Below, one piece after another: positions 1-13,450 of a DNA stretch of 64,000 nt. A program made the translations under genes and the position numbers. Under the pieces are notes generated by a model. It did not search any database and was not told the origin of the DNA. It saw only the letters and a program-made list of their open reading frames with translations. This stretch comes from Camelus dromedarius (taxonomy: Eukaryota). Position 1 is the first letter of the stretch. Every line of letters begins with the position of its first letter. The stretch covers positions 93,870,001 to 93,934,000 of the forward strand of contig NC_087472.1 in assembly GCF_036321535.1 (NCBI RefSeq), written 5' to 3'.

Positions 1-570
1 ATACCTAACAACTAGTGTGGTTTCATTATTATTTCTCAAATAAAATATTATATCAAGGTATACAAATATATAATCCTATACTGATACCCTGAAATTATAC
101 TGTAAGCAATGATTTTCAATAACTTCTTTATGTTTTTCTCCTTAAAGTATTCAACTTAGATGTAACAAAATTGGCACATTTTTCTTTTCATTTTTTTATT
201 CTGTGTCTCTTAGAAATTTGTAAAATGATAATACATGAATCTAGTATTCCTATAAATATACCAACTAATAAGATTAAAATCTCCTTTTACTATTACCTGA
301 AATCTAAGATCTGTCATTCCTGTATTTTTCTCAGGAGCTCAGCCTTCTCATTTTGATACACATTACTTTGGTGTTCCATGGATTTTATATAAATATACTC
401 ATAACAAATTCACATTATAGCTATATGTGTATGTACATAAAATATATACTTTACTATGTAACACTAATAGACATTTACTCTTTGTGTTTTCCATTTTCCC
501 TCCCTTTCCCTGAGAATTATTCTAAATTTCCCATGGGAAATTCAACTCCCAGTTCTTAACCAAGCACTTT

Positions 571-1637
571 TTTTGTATATATATATTTTTTACTGAAGTA
601 TAGTCAGTTTACAATGTGTCAATTTCTTGTGTACAGCATGTTTCAGTCATACATGAACATACATATATTCATTTTCATATTCTTTTTCACCATAAATTAC
701 TATGAGGTATTGAATATAGTTCCTTGTGCTATACAATATAAGCTTGTTGTTTATCTGTTTTATATGTATTAGTATCTGCAAATCTCAAACTCCCTTCCCA
801 CCCCCTTTCCCCCATGGTAACTGTAAGTTTGATTTCTACTTCTGTGAGTCTGTTTCTGTTTTATATATAAGTTCATTTGTCTTCTTTTTTTTTTTTTTTT
901 TTTTTTAGATTCCACATGTGAGTTATATCATATGGTGTTTTTCTTTCTCTTTCTGGTTTACTTCACTTAGAATGACAATCTCCAGGTCCATCCATGTTGC
1001 TGAATATATTATTATTTTTCATGGATGAGTAGTATTCTATTATATAAATATACCACAGCTTCTTTATCCAGTCATCTGTCAATGGACATTTAGGTTGTTT
1101 CTGTGTCTTGGCTATTGTAAATAGTGCTGCTATGAACATCAGGGTGCATGTATCTTTTTGAATTAAAGTTCCCTCTGGATATATGCCCAGTGGGATTGCT
1201 GGATCATATGGTAAGTCTATATTAGGTCTTTTGAGGAATCTCCATACTGTTTTCCATAAGGGCTAAACCAAACTACATTCCCAACAGCGTAGGAGGGTTC
1301 CCTTTTCTCCACAGCCTCTCCAGCATTTGTTGTTTGTGGACTTTTGAATGGTAGCCATTCTGACTGGTGTGAGGTGATACCTCATTGTAGTTTTGATTTG
1401 CATTTCTCTGATAATTAGTGATACTGAGCATTTTTTGTGTGCCTATTGGCCATTTGTATGTCTTCCTTGAAGAATTGCTTGTTTAGGTCTTCTGCCAATT
1501 TTTGGATTGAGTTGCTTTTTTTTTTTTGTTATGAAGTTGTATGAGCTGTTTATATATCCTGGAAATTAAGCCCTCGCCTGTCTCATCTTTTGCAAATACT
1601 TTCTCCCGTACTGTAGGTTGTCTTTTTGTTTTGCTTT
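571..1637 (-). mobile_element. Young 5'-truncated LINE-1 (camelid-type 3' UTR plus end of ORF2)
   Basis: T-rich tail followed by 'tgaagtatagtcagtttacaatg' and typical antisense L1 3' motifs (ttccacatgtgagt, ctcattgtagttttgatttgcatttctctg). Perfect 12-bp TSD accaagcacttt at 559-570 and 1638-1649. Confidence 0.93.
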
Positions 1638-1649
1638 ACCAAGCACTTT

Positions 1650-2085
1650 GAATGAGACTGGCCCTACCCTATCGCCAGCCTCAGGGATATGTTAGAGTAT
1701 GTATTCCTTGATATTTGCCACTAATACATGGATAGACATACAACAAAGACAATGAAATGCTTAAGTTTCCAGGAATTCTACTCTCTTCTTCCATGAGAAC
1801 TGCTTGAGAAGATTCTCTTTGCTGCTGCATGCAAATGAGAAACATGTCGCTTTTGGAGCCAGTGGCAGCCATACTTTGAGAAGAAGACAAGAAACTAAGT
1901 GCAGAAAAAAAAAAAACAGTAACAATGAAGCAAGGCAGATAATTGTGTAGAGAGAAATCTGTTTACAACATTTAATCCCTAGATCAAGCTGCACCTGAAG
2001 CTTTACTTTTGGATTATTGAATAACCTGAGAAAGTATTTCCTTTGTAATTTAAGCTGATTTTCATTGGGTTTTCTGTTACTTGAA
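1650..2085 (+). mobile_element. Old MaLR LTR (MLT1-like), interrupted at its 5' side by the L1 above
   Basis: MLT1-type 3' motifs 'tagatcaagctgcacctgaagc' and 'tttaagctgattttcattgggttttctgttacttg'. Subfamily not resolved. Confidence 0.65.
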
Positions 2086-2249
2086 ATATCCTGAAAATAT
2101 TACAGGTGAACTAAGTTTAACCTTCAAACAAAAAATATAACTGTAATTCTGTTTTAACTGTTTCAGGGCACAGGCAGAGAAAAGGAGTTTTTAAACACTT
2201 CAAAAATTGAATTGGAATTTTACTAGGATAAAACAGACGAAGAGAATCC

Positions 2250-3620
2250 CTAAAGAAAAAAATTAATTTGTGTTGAGGCAAATTCCTAAATAAAATATCA
2301 CCAATTTTGGCCTAACAGTGCATCATGGCCATTTTTCTAGCGAGTAAGAAGAGTTTTTCATATTAATATTACAAATAAGAAAAAAATATTGATCTCACAG
2401 AACACTCAAAAATTTATAAAATTTAACACCCAAGTCTGATTGAAAAAAAAACATTTCCTTAACTGTGTGTAGCATGTATCCATAGAGCTGGTATGTAGCC
2501 ATAACATACTGGTACAGCATAGTAGGTGGTGTACAACTGGACTGGTTGCTTAGTGCTCATTGATAGAGGTCAGAGTCTGTTGGGTGGATGTTATATTATG
2601 TTTTGAATTTCATGTCATTATATGTACTGGTGTGTGTCTATGTGTGTGTGTTTTAATGTAAAATATGTTCCATATATATGAATATCAGAATCATATTTAA
2701 TAGTGAATCTCTAGGGAAACATCTATTATCATCAAGAGCGAGATAAAAATCCCTGTCATCAGCCATTACTTTACATTAAACTGTTGCTCATAGCCTATCC
2801 AGTTAGAGAAAAAAGTAAGAAATGAGAGCTATAGAATTGGGGAAGAAGGAGGACATATTATCTTTTCCAGATTTTATTGTCTACTGTGAAGATCCAAAAG
2901 AATCTGAAAAACAAAAAGAGAATTCAGTAAGCATGTTAATTATGCAATTAGTAAACGACAACCAATAACTTTCCTTTATCCAACAATAAGCACAGTAGCT
3001 ATTTAAAATTAAATGCCTGGTAATAAATATGAAAAGAAATGTGTAAAACCTGTATGAAGAAAGCATTAAAGTTTCTGAAGACACATAAAATCCTTTAAAA
3101 AGATTTTTTTATAAAAATCCTTTACTAAAAATATGCCTTGATTTTGGACAGGAAATTAAAATTGTGAGAAATTCCATTTTGCAAACATAGATTCATTAAT
3201 GTAATGCAATCCAAGGAAAAGTACTATAAGGATTTTCTTTTTTAAAAAATCCAAAATGATTCTGAAATTTATCTAGAAACACTACTAGTTGAGAGTTACA
3301 TGGACTTTTATGAAAAAGAATAATGTTAGAGGATGAATTCCACCAGATATCTAAATATGTAAGTCCAGTTTAATAAAAACATTACTGTATTGGTGCAGCA
3401 AGAAAGAAACATTTTAGTGGAAAGAATAAAATTTATATATATATATAGAGAGAGAGCTTCTCATATGCTAAATATGAGGTAAGCTATGTGATGCAAATGT
3501 GGGGTTGGTTCAGCAGTCTAGAAACTAATAGACAAATGCAGCTTTGTCTTACATCACTTCTGATATTAAAATAAATTTTACAGAAATATAATATTTTAAG
3601 AAAATAAATCACAAACCTAC
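2250..3620 (+). mobile_element. Ancient degraded L1 ORF2 fragment
   Basis: A-rich strand with L1 ORF2-like motifs (tcttttccagattttattgtctactgtgaagatccaaaagaatc; gattctgaaatttatctagaa); many stops. Confidence 0.65.
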
Positions 3621-3666
3621 TAGAAGTTTATTTTGTGAAGATTTTACTAATCATAGATAGTAAAGA

Positions 3667-3813
3667 CTTCCTCCTCCCCCTCCTCCTCCTCTTCTTCTTT
3701 TTCTTCTCCTTCTTCTCCTCCTCCTCCTCCTCCTTTTTCTTCATCTTCTTTTTCTTCTCTTCTCCTCCTCCTCCTTTTTCTTCATCTTCTTTTTCTTCTC
3801 CTTCTTCTTCTTT
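3667..3813. repeat. Polypyrimidine (CTC/TTC)n low-complexity tract
   Basis: About 145 bp of almost pure C/T triplet-like repeats, seen directly. Confidence 0.95.
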
Positions 3814-4053
3814 TTATAATGACAGGGAATCCAAGTGATGACAATGGGAAAGACTGATATATTTGATGACACAAATATGTTCTGTAGTAGTAGGAAATAA
3901 GCCAAGTATGTATCTCTTTTTCCATGGGTTATACTTTCTTTTTTACATGGAAAGTAAAAAAACACAAATGACTAAATTTAATGGTAAGAAAAACATATAA
4001 TAGTTCATAGAAAATGAAATACCAAAAATCAGTAAACGTGTGATCATGTACTC

Positions 4054-4556
4054 TGTGGCAAGCTGAAAAAGATATTCCCCTCAAATATAGTCACGTCCTA
4101 ATCCCTGGAACCTGTGAATGTTACTTCATATAACAGCCTTTGCAGATGCAAGTAGATTAAGAATTTTGAGACAGAAAGATGATCCTGGATTATACATTTG
4201 TCCCTAAATGGAATCACATGCATCCTTATAAGAGGGAAACAGAGGGAAATCTGACACACATGTACAGAGGAAAAGACAATGTGTAGACAGAAGAGAGAGA
4301 TTTGAAGTCTTAGCCTCAAAGATTGGAATGTTGTGGCCACAAGCCAAGGAATGCCAGTAGTCACCAGAAGCTGGAAGAGGCAAGAAACAGATACTCTTCT
4401 GGAGCCTCTGAAGAGAATGCAGCCCTACTGACACATTGATTTCCTGCCAGTGATGCTAATTTTTAAACTTTTGACTTCTAGAACTGTGAGACAATTTTTT
4501 GTTGTTTTAAGCTCCCCAGTTTCTGGTAGTTTTTACAGCAGCCACTGCAAACTAAT
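4054..4556 (+). mobile_element. MaLR solo LTR (MLT1D-like)
   Basis: Starts tgtggcaagctgaaa; contains 'gtcctaatccctggaacctgtgaatgttac', 'ccacaagccaaggaatgcc...agaagctggaagaggcaag', 'ctagaactgtgaga'. Confidence 0.88.
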
Positions 4557-6269
4557 CCATGCTCTAAAAATTAAAAATATAAATTAGAATAACAATGAAA
4601 TGTTATTCTGCACTTAAGGGCCAATGTTTAAAACCTTAATGAAATATGGTGATAGAAGAAAACTGGGTATTTTATTCTATTCCACTGCAATTTTGAAATA
4701 TGCATAGAAGTAAATGTAACCTTTCATTCATATAATATCTTCTTGGAATTTTTCCTACTAACATACTCAAAAATCATAAAGAGACAAATGTGCCTTGACA
4801 TTTACTGCAGCACTGTTTAGAGTAACAAATTCTGTAAGTAGCTTAAGTGTTCATCATCGAGTGACTATATTTACACATTATAGCATAATATGCACATATG
4901 TAAGATTATTTGAAATGAGATTCTTTTGTCTCAGTTTCAGCTGAGGTCCTAACATTGGACAACAAAGCAGTAGTTGCCAGAGTGAGGCACTAGGCCAAAT
5001 ATGCAATTCATATAAAGACGTTATACGAAAAAAGGGTTTGTGACCCAAAGCTCACACTTGAGACTATAAAGGAGTTTAAACTGAAGTTTCGTAAAGAGAG
5101 AATTTCTTTGCAGATGGTTGTAGTAGGACTCTGATACCTCCCCTTATTTCACCATTGCACTTATCTCTTGGAAGGAGAGAACGAAGGTACTTCTCATTGC
5201 TAGTCTAGTGAGAGGGGATTTATTTAAGGAAACCAGCTGAAGATTTTGAAACATGTCCTCTGAAATTTGAGGAACACAGTGTCTTGGTGTTTGACTCATA
5301 CCTGAGAATTCTAAAGAGGCTGTGGAATTTTCCAGAGAAAAAGGGGTGATATTAGGAACAAACTGCACTTCCACCTACAGAATGAGCAATACTGTGCATG
5401 TGTTTTCCACAGACTGGTATGTTGATATGCCACCAGAGAGCTGGAGAGAAGATAGCTTGAAGCTATCTTAGCAGGGACTTGGCCCAAAATAGCTACCTGA
5501 AAGAGGGCATGGGCTCTTGTATGGAGAGTCTGTAGGGTAGCCTACCAGACACCAATGAACTTAAGAGCTATCACACACATCATGTGCATGAATTTCTTAG
5601 AAATCCTTAAAGTCCCCCGGGAGTGAATAAGCTGTCTTTGAACAGCTGCCATACCCAGAGACTGCTGGCTGAATACATCTGTACTGTAATCCCCTCCCTT
5701 TCTGAAATGGTCCGAAACTATATACTTGGTTAGGAAAAGAAGAGGTGTGTGGAGGAGAGAGAGAGAGCGTGCTGGGTATACTGTCTAAAATGTATCAGAG
5801 GACTGTTGCTATTACTATCTGAAAGTGACTGGAAAGGTTATCAATACTATCCAAGAGGCAGGGAAGAGAGTCCCCAAAGCAGGTAGGAAGGCACTATGGT
5901 AATTCGTGTATCCTATCAGCCTAAGCATATTCAATAAGACTGTTAAAGTTGATTTAAATGTGTAGACCAGGAAAATATCTCAAGATACATTTTAAGTGAC
6001 GAATATAAAATGAATGTAGAGGAATATGAGTAGTAACATCTCATATATATATTTTTATAAAAACGTACATCTCTAATTGAAGATTTCAATGAGGAAGGCA
6101 ACAAAGATGATGAAGGCTGCTATGAGGATGATGATGAAGATGAAAAAGAGGCAATGTATTCTACTTTTTGCTCCAACAAGATTGTCCCTTGTTTCCACAG
6201 CACCAGCTTTACTGTTTCTGCTGTAAGTGTTTGGCCAATTAAAGTTTGTCCAAGCGTTACATGGATTGA

Positions 6270-6675
6270 ACAACAAGCACTGTTCCCTCTAATCCTTAGT
6301 AGCTCCTTCCCTAGCCTTGGGAAGTGTGTGCTCACATGAATCCACTGTACACTTGAGGGGCACCCCCTGCAGATCTCCGGGGTTCTCTCTTTGTAGAGCT
6401 CCCTCATCTCCATACTCTTCTCCCTGGACTGTCAGCTCCAACCCAGGGATCCACCAGGGCCCTGCCTGGGAACTCTGTGGCCAAGAAACTCTCTCTCAGG
6501 AGTAAGCTCAGGCCATTCTAGGCCTCACTTTGTTTGTGTCCCATCTCTCAAGAATCACTGTCCTTTATGGCCTGTTGTGCGGTGTCTTCCAACTATTAAC
6601 TGTTTGATGTTGTTGCTGATGACAGGATGAATCCAGTCCCTGTTTATGCCACATTGCTCAGAAGTGCGAGTCAGA
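6270..6675 (-). mobile_element. Probable 5' region of an old L1M element
   Basis: GC-richer segment ending 'gaatccagtccctgtttatgccacattgctcagaagtg', resembling antisense old L1M 5' termini (recalled consensus). Confidence 0.5.
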
Positions 6676-9299
6676 AGTCTTTAAAGTGTCAGGCAAAAAT
6701 ACACAGTAAAATTCTAAACATAAAATGGAGTCAAATCCAATTCGTCTATCTTCCCTCTCATCCAAGAGGCTTTTGAAATGACAGAAAAAAAGAAATATCT
6801 GAAAGACTGAATCTCTCGTCTTCACCTAGTTAACTCTTACTTCTGACCTCAGCTCACTCTTCAGATTCATTTCCCTCATCTCTCACTTTCAAGGCTCTGT
6901 GGATTCACAATTCATACCACAAGTCTGAGGTACACATTGATTTTTATGTAAGCAGTTGTTTGGTTAATTTCAGCTTCCCTTCCTAGAATGTAAGCTTTGT
7001 GAGGATAGGTGCCTAGGCTTTTTTTCCTCACTCCTCTCTCCCCAGTGGCTCTTTGTTAGAGTGCTCGAGAACAAAGAACTGGATCTCTTAGATGATTTGA
7101 GGTACTGCAGGAATATCGAATGTAGAGTTGCACTGATGGAGAAATTTAAGCAGAGAAAAATATTTCCTAAAGATAGGCCATCAAACGTAACTGCTAACAT
7201 CCTTCCTAGAAGAACTTTGAAAAACTGTACCCCCTACATATTTTAAGTGGCACCTATATTTTCCAGCATAATTTGAAATCATTGTGAAGGATGGAATTTC
7301 TGATACACTGTAAAAGTTATAATTTAAAAAATGGCATCACTGTAAAAATAGTAATCAATAGAACTTAAATAGTATTCTGAGTTTTTACTTGTATCGTCCA
7401 TTGAAAAAAATACACACAAAAAATACACAAGATCTTTACATTTAGAGAGTCTAGATTTTCCTTTTACTTCCTGAAAATTGTCCTAATCTACTTCGTGTCT
7501 GAGCATAGTTTGTTGATCACTTGTTTGTTAATGGAAAATTAACAAAAACTTAGAAATAAGACACTTAGACTACAAAGGAATTCAAGTTGAAGTTAGGTAA
7601 AGAGAGCATGTTTTCCTTTTTTGTACTGGAGCACTGTCTAAAAGGTTCACTTCAGATTATTTGAGTCTTTAGGAAATTGTACCTTTTTTGGTTTACTATT
7701 TATTATATACTAGGCTCTAGGCTTGGTGAAGTTATATGTTAACTTATACCGATGGTATTAGGTAGAGATGCATTATTTCTCTCAGAGAAAATAATCCTAA
7801 TAATTTATTTTTCTAGTAAGATATTGAACAACTTTGTCTGAAACTTAGCAAATGTATTTCAGCTTGCCTCTCTTAAACTGACAACATAACCACTGTTTGA
7901 AATCTCGTTTGAACCAGCTTTCCCACATGATGTTTTGCTCATTATTTCCCTCATTACTGAGTCAAATAAATATTTGACATGTGTTCACTTTAGAACTTTA
8001 ACTTTTGAAAGTTTTTTTTTTGTATAACATCCTACCCTAAGTAAGAAAATGAAAATAATCAATGTATGTGGATTGAAATTTTAACATGTGTTTTACGCCT
8101 GCAGGCACAAGGATTTAAGAGCTAAAATATGTCCTGTGGATTAATTTTTGTTACGATGATGGTTAGTATACAATTGGTCAAAACAGTCTTAGTACATTAC
8201 ACATTTTTATAATTATTACAAAATAAAGATTTATGGAAACTATACATCTTCATAAAATAAAATATGATAGAAAATACCCTCATTTAATATCTGACAGCTA
8301 ACATTTTATTTTTTGTTAATGAGTGGTAAAAAATATTAAGCTTTTCACAAGATAAAATGAATACTGAATGTAAAGGGAATAAATATTTCATAATATGATG
8401 ATAAAACAGGTTTTAACTTCATTATCAAAGTCTGAAAAAAAAGAAAATCTGAACAAAATCACATAAAGCTTTTATCCTTGAATTTTATCCAGTGTGTCTT
8501 GAAAATGTCTTGTGTGAACCTTCCAGTTCCATATGACAGTATTAAGAACACTAACCAGTACTGCTTTGGCTGCTGGAAGGTAATTTTCTTTCTGGCTAAT
8601 GACTCACATTGAGAAAAGCTGAAAAGAGTTGCTTATATTTATATATGTGGAAAAACATCATTTTGAACATTCAATATGTCTTACTAAGTCTTTCCAATAG
8701 AAAGGAGAGAAAGTCATTAAATAAAAATCATTGTTACTCCTGCCACCACACTGTTACCACATATCTGGATTCAGAACATCTCTTCATGGGACAAAATACC
8801 AAATTTCTAACAGATGGCCCATCACTGAAATATGTAGAAAACAGGAAAATACAGGAAAGTTTATATGTTTATGCTTCCTTGATTCAAGTTTAAAGGAGGC
8901 TTTCCCTGTGTTGGTGCCTTGGAGATTTTCACACCCGGAGGCAGTGCTCCCTAGCAGGATTAGGGGTGGATTGCAAAGAAGACTCTGTGTAATTCTTAAG
9001 TAAAGGGAGAGGAATGCTACTGTGAACTCATAGCTTTCTCAGTCAGATGAGTTTCAAAGAAGGATACATATGGAAGGTGACTATTTGCAAATTATATGCC
9101 TTTAAAATTATCTATTCATAATTCCCTACCTTCAGAAAAGTTTTGGCCATCCTCCAAAGATGAAAGGTCTCCAGATAGAAGGCTGTTTGTCCAAGGCATT
9201 CAGTGTGAGCGTCAGACTGGAGAAACACAAAAAGCAGAAATTTGCCTCTGGGCAGTTTTTTCTAAATTTCTTCGGTAAGAGTCACCTGAGGTTCCTACT

Positions 9300-9400
9300 A
9301 GGCTTTGCAAATCCACTGCCCTTCCCTGGAGATTCAGATTCAGTGGGTCTGGAGTGGGACCCTGCAATTCTTAGCTTTAACAAGTGCTGTGGTGAAATTT
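9300..9400. mobile_element. MER5A-like hAT-Charlie DNA transposon fragment
   Basis: 'gagattcagattcagtgggtctggagtgggaccctgcaattc...tttaacaagtgc' matches the MER5A core. Confidence 0.75.
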
Positions 9401-9582
9401 GTACCATCCAAAACAATATAGGTACACTTTGAGAAAATGCCTCAAGGATGTGATCTTCAAATCTGGCTTCTCAATTACTGAATTAGGGGAACTGAAAACA
9501 AAACAAAACAAAACAAAACACCCAGGTGCCTAGCTTACTTCAATTAAATCAGACTCTCTAGGGGATAGAGCATAGACATAAC

Positions 9583-10548
9583 TTTTTACTAATTGAGACT
9601 TTTTTTTGAAAGCAATAGTAGGTTCACAGAAAAACTGAGGGAAACATACAGAGATTTCCCATATAACCCCTGCCCCTACATGTGCATAGCCTTCCCCATT
9701 ATTAATAGCCCCCACCAGAGTGGTACATTTTTTTACAATTGATGAACCTGCATTGACACATCATAATCAACATCATAATCAACCAAAGTCCACAGTTTAC
9801 TTTAGAGTTGACTCTTGGTATTATTCATTCTATGGTTTTGGCAAGTGTATAATGACATGTATCCATCATTATGATATCATACAGAGTATTTTTAGTGCCC
9901 TAAAAGTCCTCTGTGCTCTACCTCCTCATCCTTCTCCGCCTCGCCCAACCCCTGGCAACCACTGATCTTTTTACTGTCTCCACAGTTTTATCTTTTCGAG
10001 AATATCATACAGTTTGAATCATACAATATGCAGAATTTTCACATTGGCTTCTTTCATTCAGTAATATGCATATAAGATTCTTCATGTCTTTCCATAGCTC
10101 GATAGCTCTTTTGCTTTTAGAGCTGAATAATATTCCACTGTCTGGATGTGCCACAGTATATTTATCCATTCATCTGCTGAAGGACATCTTGGTTGCTTCC
10201 AAGTTTTGGCATAAAGCTGCTGTAAACCTCAGTGTGCAGGTTTTTGTGTGGATGTAAGTTTTTGCCTCCTTTGGGTAAATATGAAAGAGTGTGATTGCTA
10301 GGTCATATGGTAAGAAAATATTTAGTTTTATAGGAAACTGCCAAAGTTTCTTCCAAAGTAGCTGTACCATTTTGCATTCCCACCAGCAATGAATGAGAGT
10401 TCCTATTGTCCCATATTTGATATTGTCAGTGCTCCAGATTTTGGCCATTCTAATAGGTATGTCGTGGTATCTCATTGTTGATTTAATTTGCATTTCCCTG
10501 ATGACATATGATGTGGAGCATCTTTTCATATGCTTATTTGCCATCTGT
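9583..10548 (-). mobile_element. L1 3' end (L1MB/L1MC-type), apparently inserted in a second MER5-like element
   Basis: Antisense L1 3' UTR and ORF2 end; ORF 10170-10559(-) [27 protein letters not shown] is the classic L1 ORF2 C-terminus. MER5-like 'aaatcagactctctagggg' on the left and 'ctttaaagttcctcagatg' on the right. Confidence 0.9.
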
Positions 10549-10603
10549 AGAAACATCACTCTTTAAAGTTCCTCAGATGTTTTAGTGCAAAATCTGGAAT
10601 AAG

Positions 10604-10828
10604 GAGGGTAGTAAACTCCTTCACATGGGCCAGATATGGCCCATTGCCTGGTTTTGTGAATATAGTTTTATTGGAACATAGATAGCCACACCAATTTGTT
10701 TATGTATTGTCTGCAGTATTTCCATGGTACAATAGCATGGTTGAGTAGCTGTGACAGAGACCATAAGACATGCAAAGCCTGAAATATTTACTATCTGGCC
10801 CTTCATAAAAAATGTTTGCTTACCACTA
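10604..10828. mobile_element. MER58A-like hAT-Charlie DNA transposon
   Basis: 'gggccagatatggcccattgcctggttttgtgaatatagttttattggaaca' ... 'gcctgaaatatttactatctggccctt'; about 225 bp. Confidence 0.88.
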
Positions 10829-11199
10829 CCTCAGATTTAGGGCAATTATGGTCTTTTAAGAAATACTTCAGAAAGAGCTTGGGTAGTTGAGGATTTGTAA
10901 CCCGACTCAGAGAAACGTGGCTGACAGCTTCAGATTCTCCTTCAATATTGTTCTTCTTTAAGAAGCAGATGATTTTCCAGCAAAGGGCTCCTGGTTGGGT
11001 CTGAGGGGAACAGAACAATATTTGAGGTAACTCCAGACCTCTACGACACAGAAAAATACTTATTTATGAGCTACATGTCTGGGAGTGCAATTTTACTTAT
11101 GGCAAGCAAGTTTATGAATAGAATTCCTTTGTCCAAAGGAGAGGAAGTTGGTTAAATACTAAGATTTGGAACTAATCCATAGCCAAATTTCCAACAATA

Positions 11200-13450
11200 A
11201 TGTAAATTCTACAGAAAATGTTCAAAGTCTATATGAATAAACTGTAATCTCTGCTGAAGCACACTCTATGGGACTTACATAGATGGAAATTGTTTTCTTA
11301 TGTGGGAAGACTCAATATTGGTTATATATTTCTCCTGTACTGATCTATAACTTTAATACAATTCAAAATGGGTTTACTTTTATTAATTAAAAATAATAGA
11401 AAAATTAAGACTGAAGAGTTTATTTAGGAATAATTACAGAAGTAGAAATGAAGGTGGAATTTCTCTCCAGATATTTAATTTTTTTATAATTTCTACAATG
11501 GAATGTGTTATTGACTCATAATAGACAAATCACCGGACTATATTAATATATGAAAAATGAGGTTCTTATATCAATTGGGAGAAACAATAGATTTCTTTCA
11601 TTGTCTCTCACATATGATGAAAAGTGCTCACTAATCACAAGAGTTTGAGAGAAACCAAAGTAAAAGCTAAATCCTGTAACTTTGGGCTTACTGGATGATG
11701 TGTGACCACATAGAGTAAGATAGATAAGGGCCTGAAAATCGATAGGTAGCATTTACCTATGACATGATCAGTCTCAGACTGCCTAATAAATGATGTTAGG
11801 AAAATCTGTTTGGTATATATAGAAAAATAAAATCTGATCCCTGTTTTAGCAAATATAAAAAGATGTGTTCCAGATGGTTTAGAAAGCTACATATGAAAGA
11901 CAAGAGTATCAAGTTAGCATAGAACAATTTAGAGGAATGTATTTGTCAACTAAGTTTAAATAAGGCTCAAAAAACATTAATCATGTGGCCCAGAAAAGCA
12001 TTGATTTAATTACATGAAAATACAGGTTTGAGGTTTTTGTTTTCCCCAATGAGGGACACTCATAATAAAACAGGCAGATAAAAGATGAGAAAAATATCTT
12101 TGCAACATCTAAAACCAATAAAAACATAAGCAGAGGATATAAACAGACAATTTAGCAAAGAGGATACCCAACAGGTGAATAAATATATGAAAAGATAATC
12201 AAACTCATTTGTAGTCAACAAATGAAATTACAGTAACAAGACAATACCACTTTACACTGGCAAATAAGAAAAAAATTGCACATTACAAGTATTGGTGCAG
12301 ATGTGGGAAACAGGAACTCTTGAGTCCTGCTATTGGGTATATTGACTGTTGCAAATCAATTTGTCAGTATTTAGTCAAATTAAAGTTGAATGTACTTTAT
12401 GATTTAGTGAGCCCACTAAGCCTATACCTGGAAGCAGTCCAAATGTCCTCAACAGGTGAAGGGATAAATAAATTGTGTATGTTCACAAAACAGAAGGATA
12501 TTCTGATACATGTTGTATTTGTTTCTTAGGGTTTCTGTAACAATGTACCACAAATGGTGTAGCTTGAAAAAGAGAAATTTATTGTCTAACAATTCTGGAG
12601 AGTGAAAATCTGAAATCAAGATGTTGGCAGGGCCATGCACCCTCCGAAACCTGTAGGGAAGAATCCTTCCTTGCCTCTTCCCAGCTTCTGGTGGTTTCTA
12701 GGCAGTCTTTGGGGTTCCTTGGCTTGGAAATGCATCATTCTCATCGTCCATCATCATGTGGCTTTCTTCCTGTGTGTATCTTCACATAGGCTTCTCCTTG
12801 TGAATGTCTGTGCTGTGTCCAAATTCTGCCTTTTGATAAGGATACCAGTTATATTGGATGCAGCCCCACGCAGCTGCAGCACTTCAATTGCTGCCTGTAT
12901 CATAACATGGTATCTTCCTCTCTCGCGTGCGAGTAGTTCTGTGTCTCTTCTTATAAGGATGCTAGTGATAGTGGAATAAGGGGCCACTCTACTCCAGGAC
13001 AACTTCATTTCAACTTAAATAACTACATCTGTAATCACCCCATTTCCAGTTACAGTCACATTCTGTGGTACTGGGTGTTAAGACTGCAACATAACTTTTG
13101 CAGGGAATAAATGTCAACCCTTAATACAAGCTAAACATGGATGAATGTTAGAACAGTTATCCTGAGTGAAAGAAGCCTGACAAGAAAAAGTATATACTAC
13201 ATGATCCTATGTAAATAAAATTTCAAGAAATTCAAACAAATGTATAGTAGCAAAAAAACGTGCCTATGAATGAGGTGGGATGCCAGTTTTGAAGGCTAAA
13301 GAGATAGCTCATAAAGGGCCAAGAGGAAATTTTTGGGGGATAATGAATATGTTTATTATCTTGACAGTTCATGGATATATGCACATGTGAAAATTTATCG
13401 AACTATTCACATTAAATACATGCAGTTTGTTCAATGAGAATTATACCTTC
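11200..13450 (+). mobile_element. Ancient L1 ORF2/3' remnant, interrupted by an MLT1 LTR
   Basis: Degraded L1 motifs (atgtgggaagactcaatattg; aaatatatgaaaagataatcaaactcatt; ctgagtgaaagaagcctgac). Confidence 0.7.
12514..13128 (-). mobile_element. MaLR solo LTR (MLT1B/C-like)
   Basis: 'tgtatttgtttcttagggtttctgtaacaatgtaccaca', 'aaatcaagatgttggcagggccatgc', ends 'tcaacccttaataca'. Confidence 0.88.

Noticed and set aside
3635..3965. Phe/Ser-rich and Lys/Glu-rich ORFs
   Set aside because: Artefacts of the CT-rich tract.
10170..10559. Longest ORF (129 aa) as a host gene
   Set aside because: It is the L1 ORF2 C-terminal remnant.
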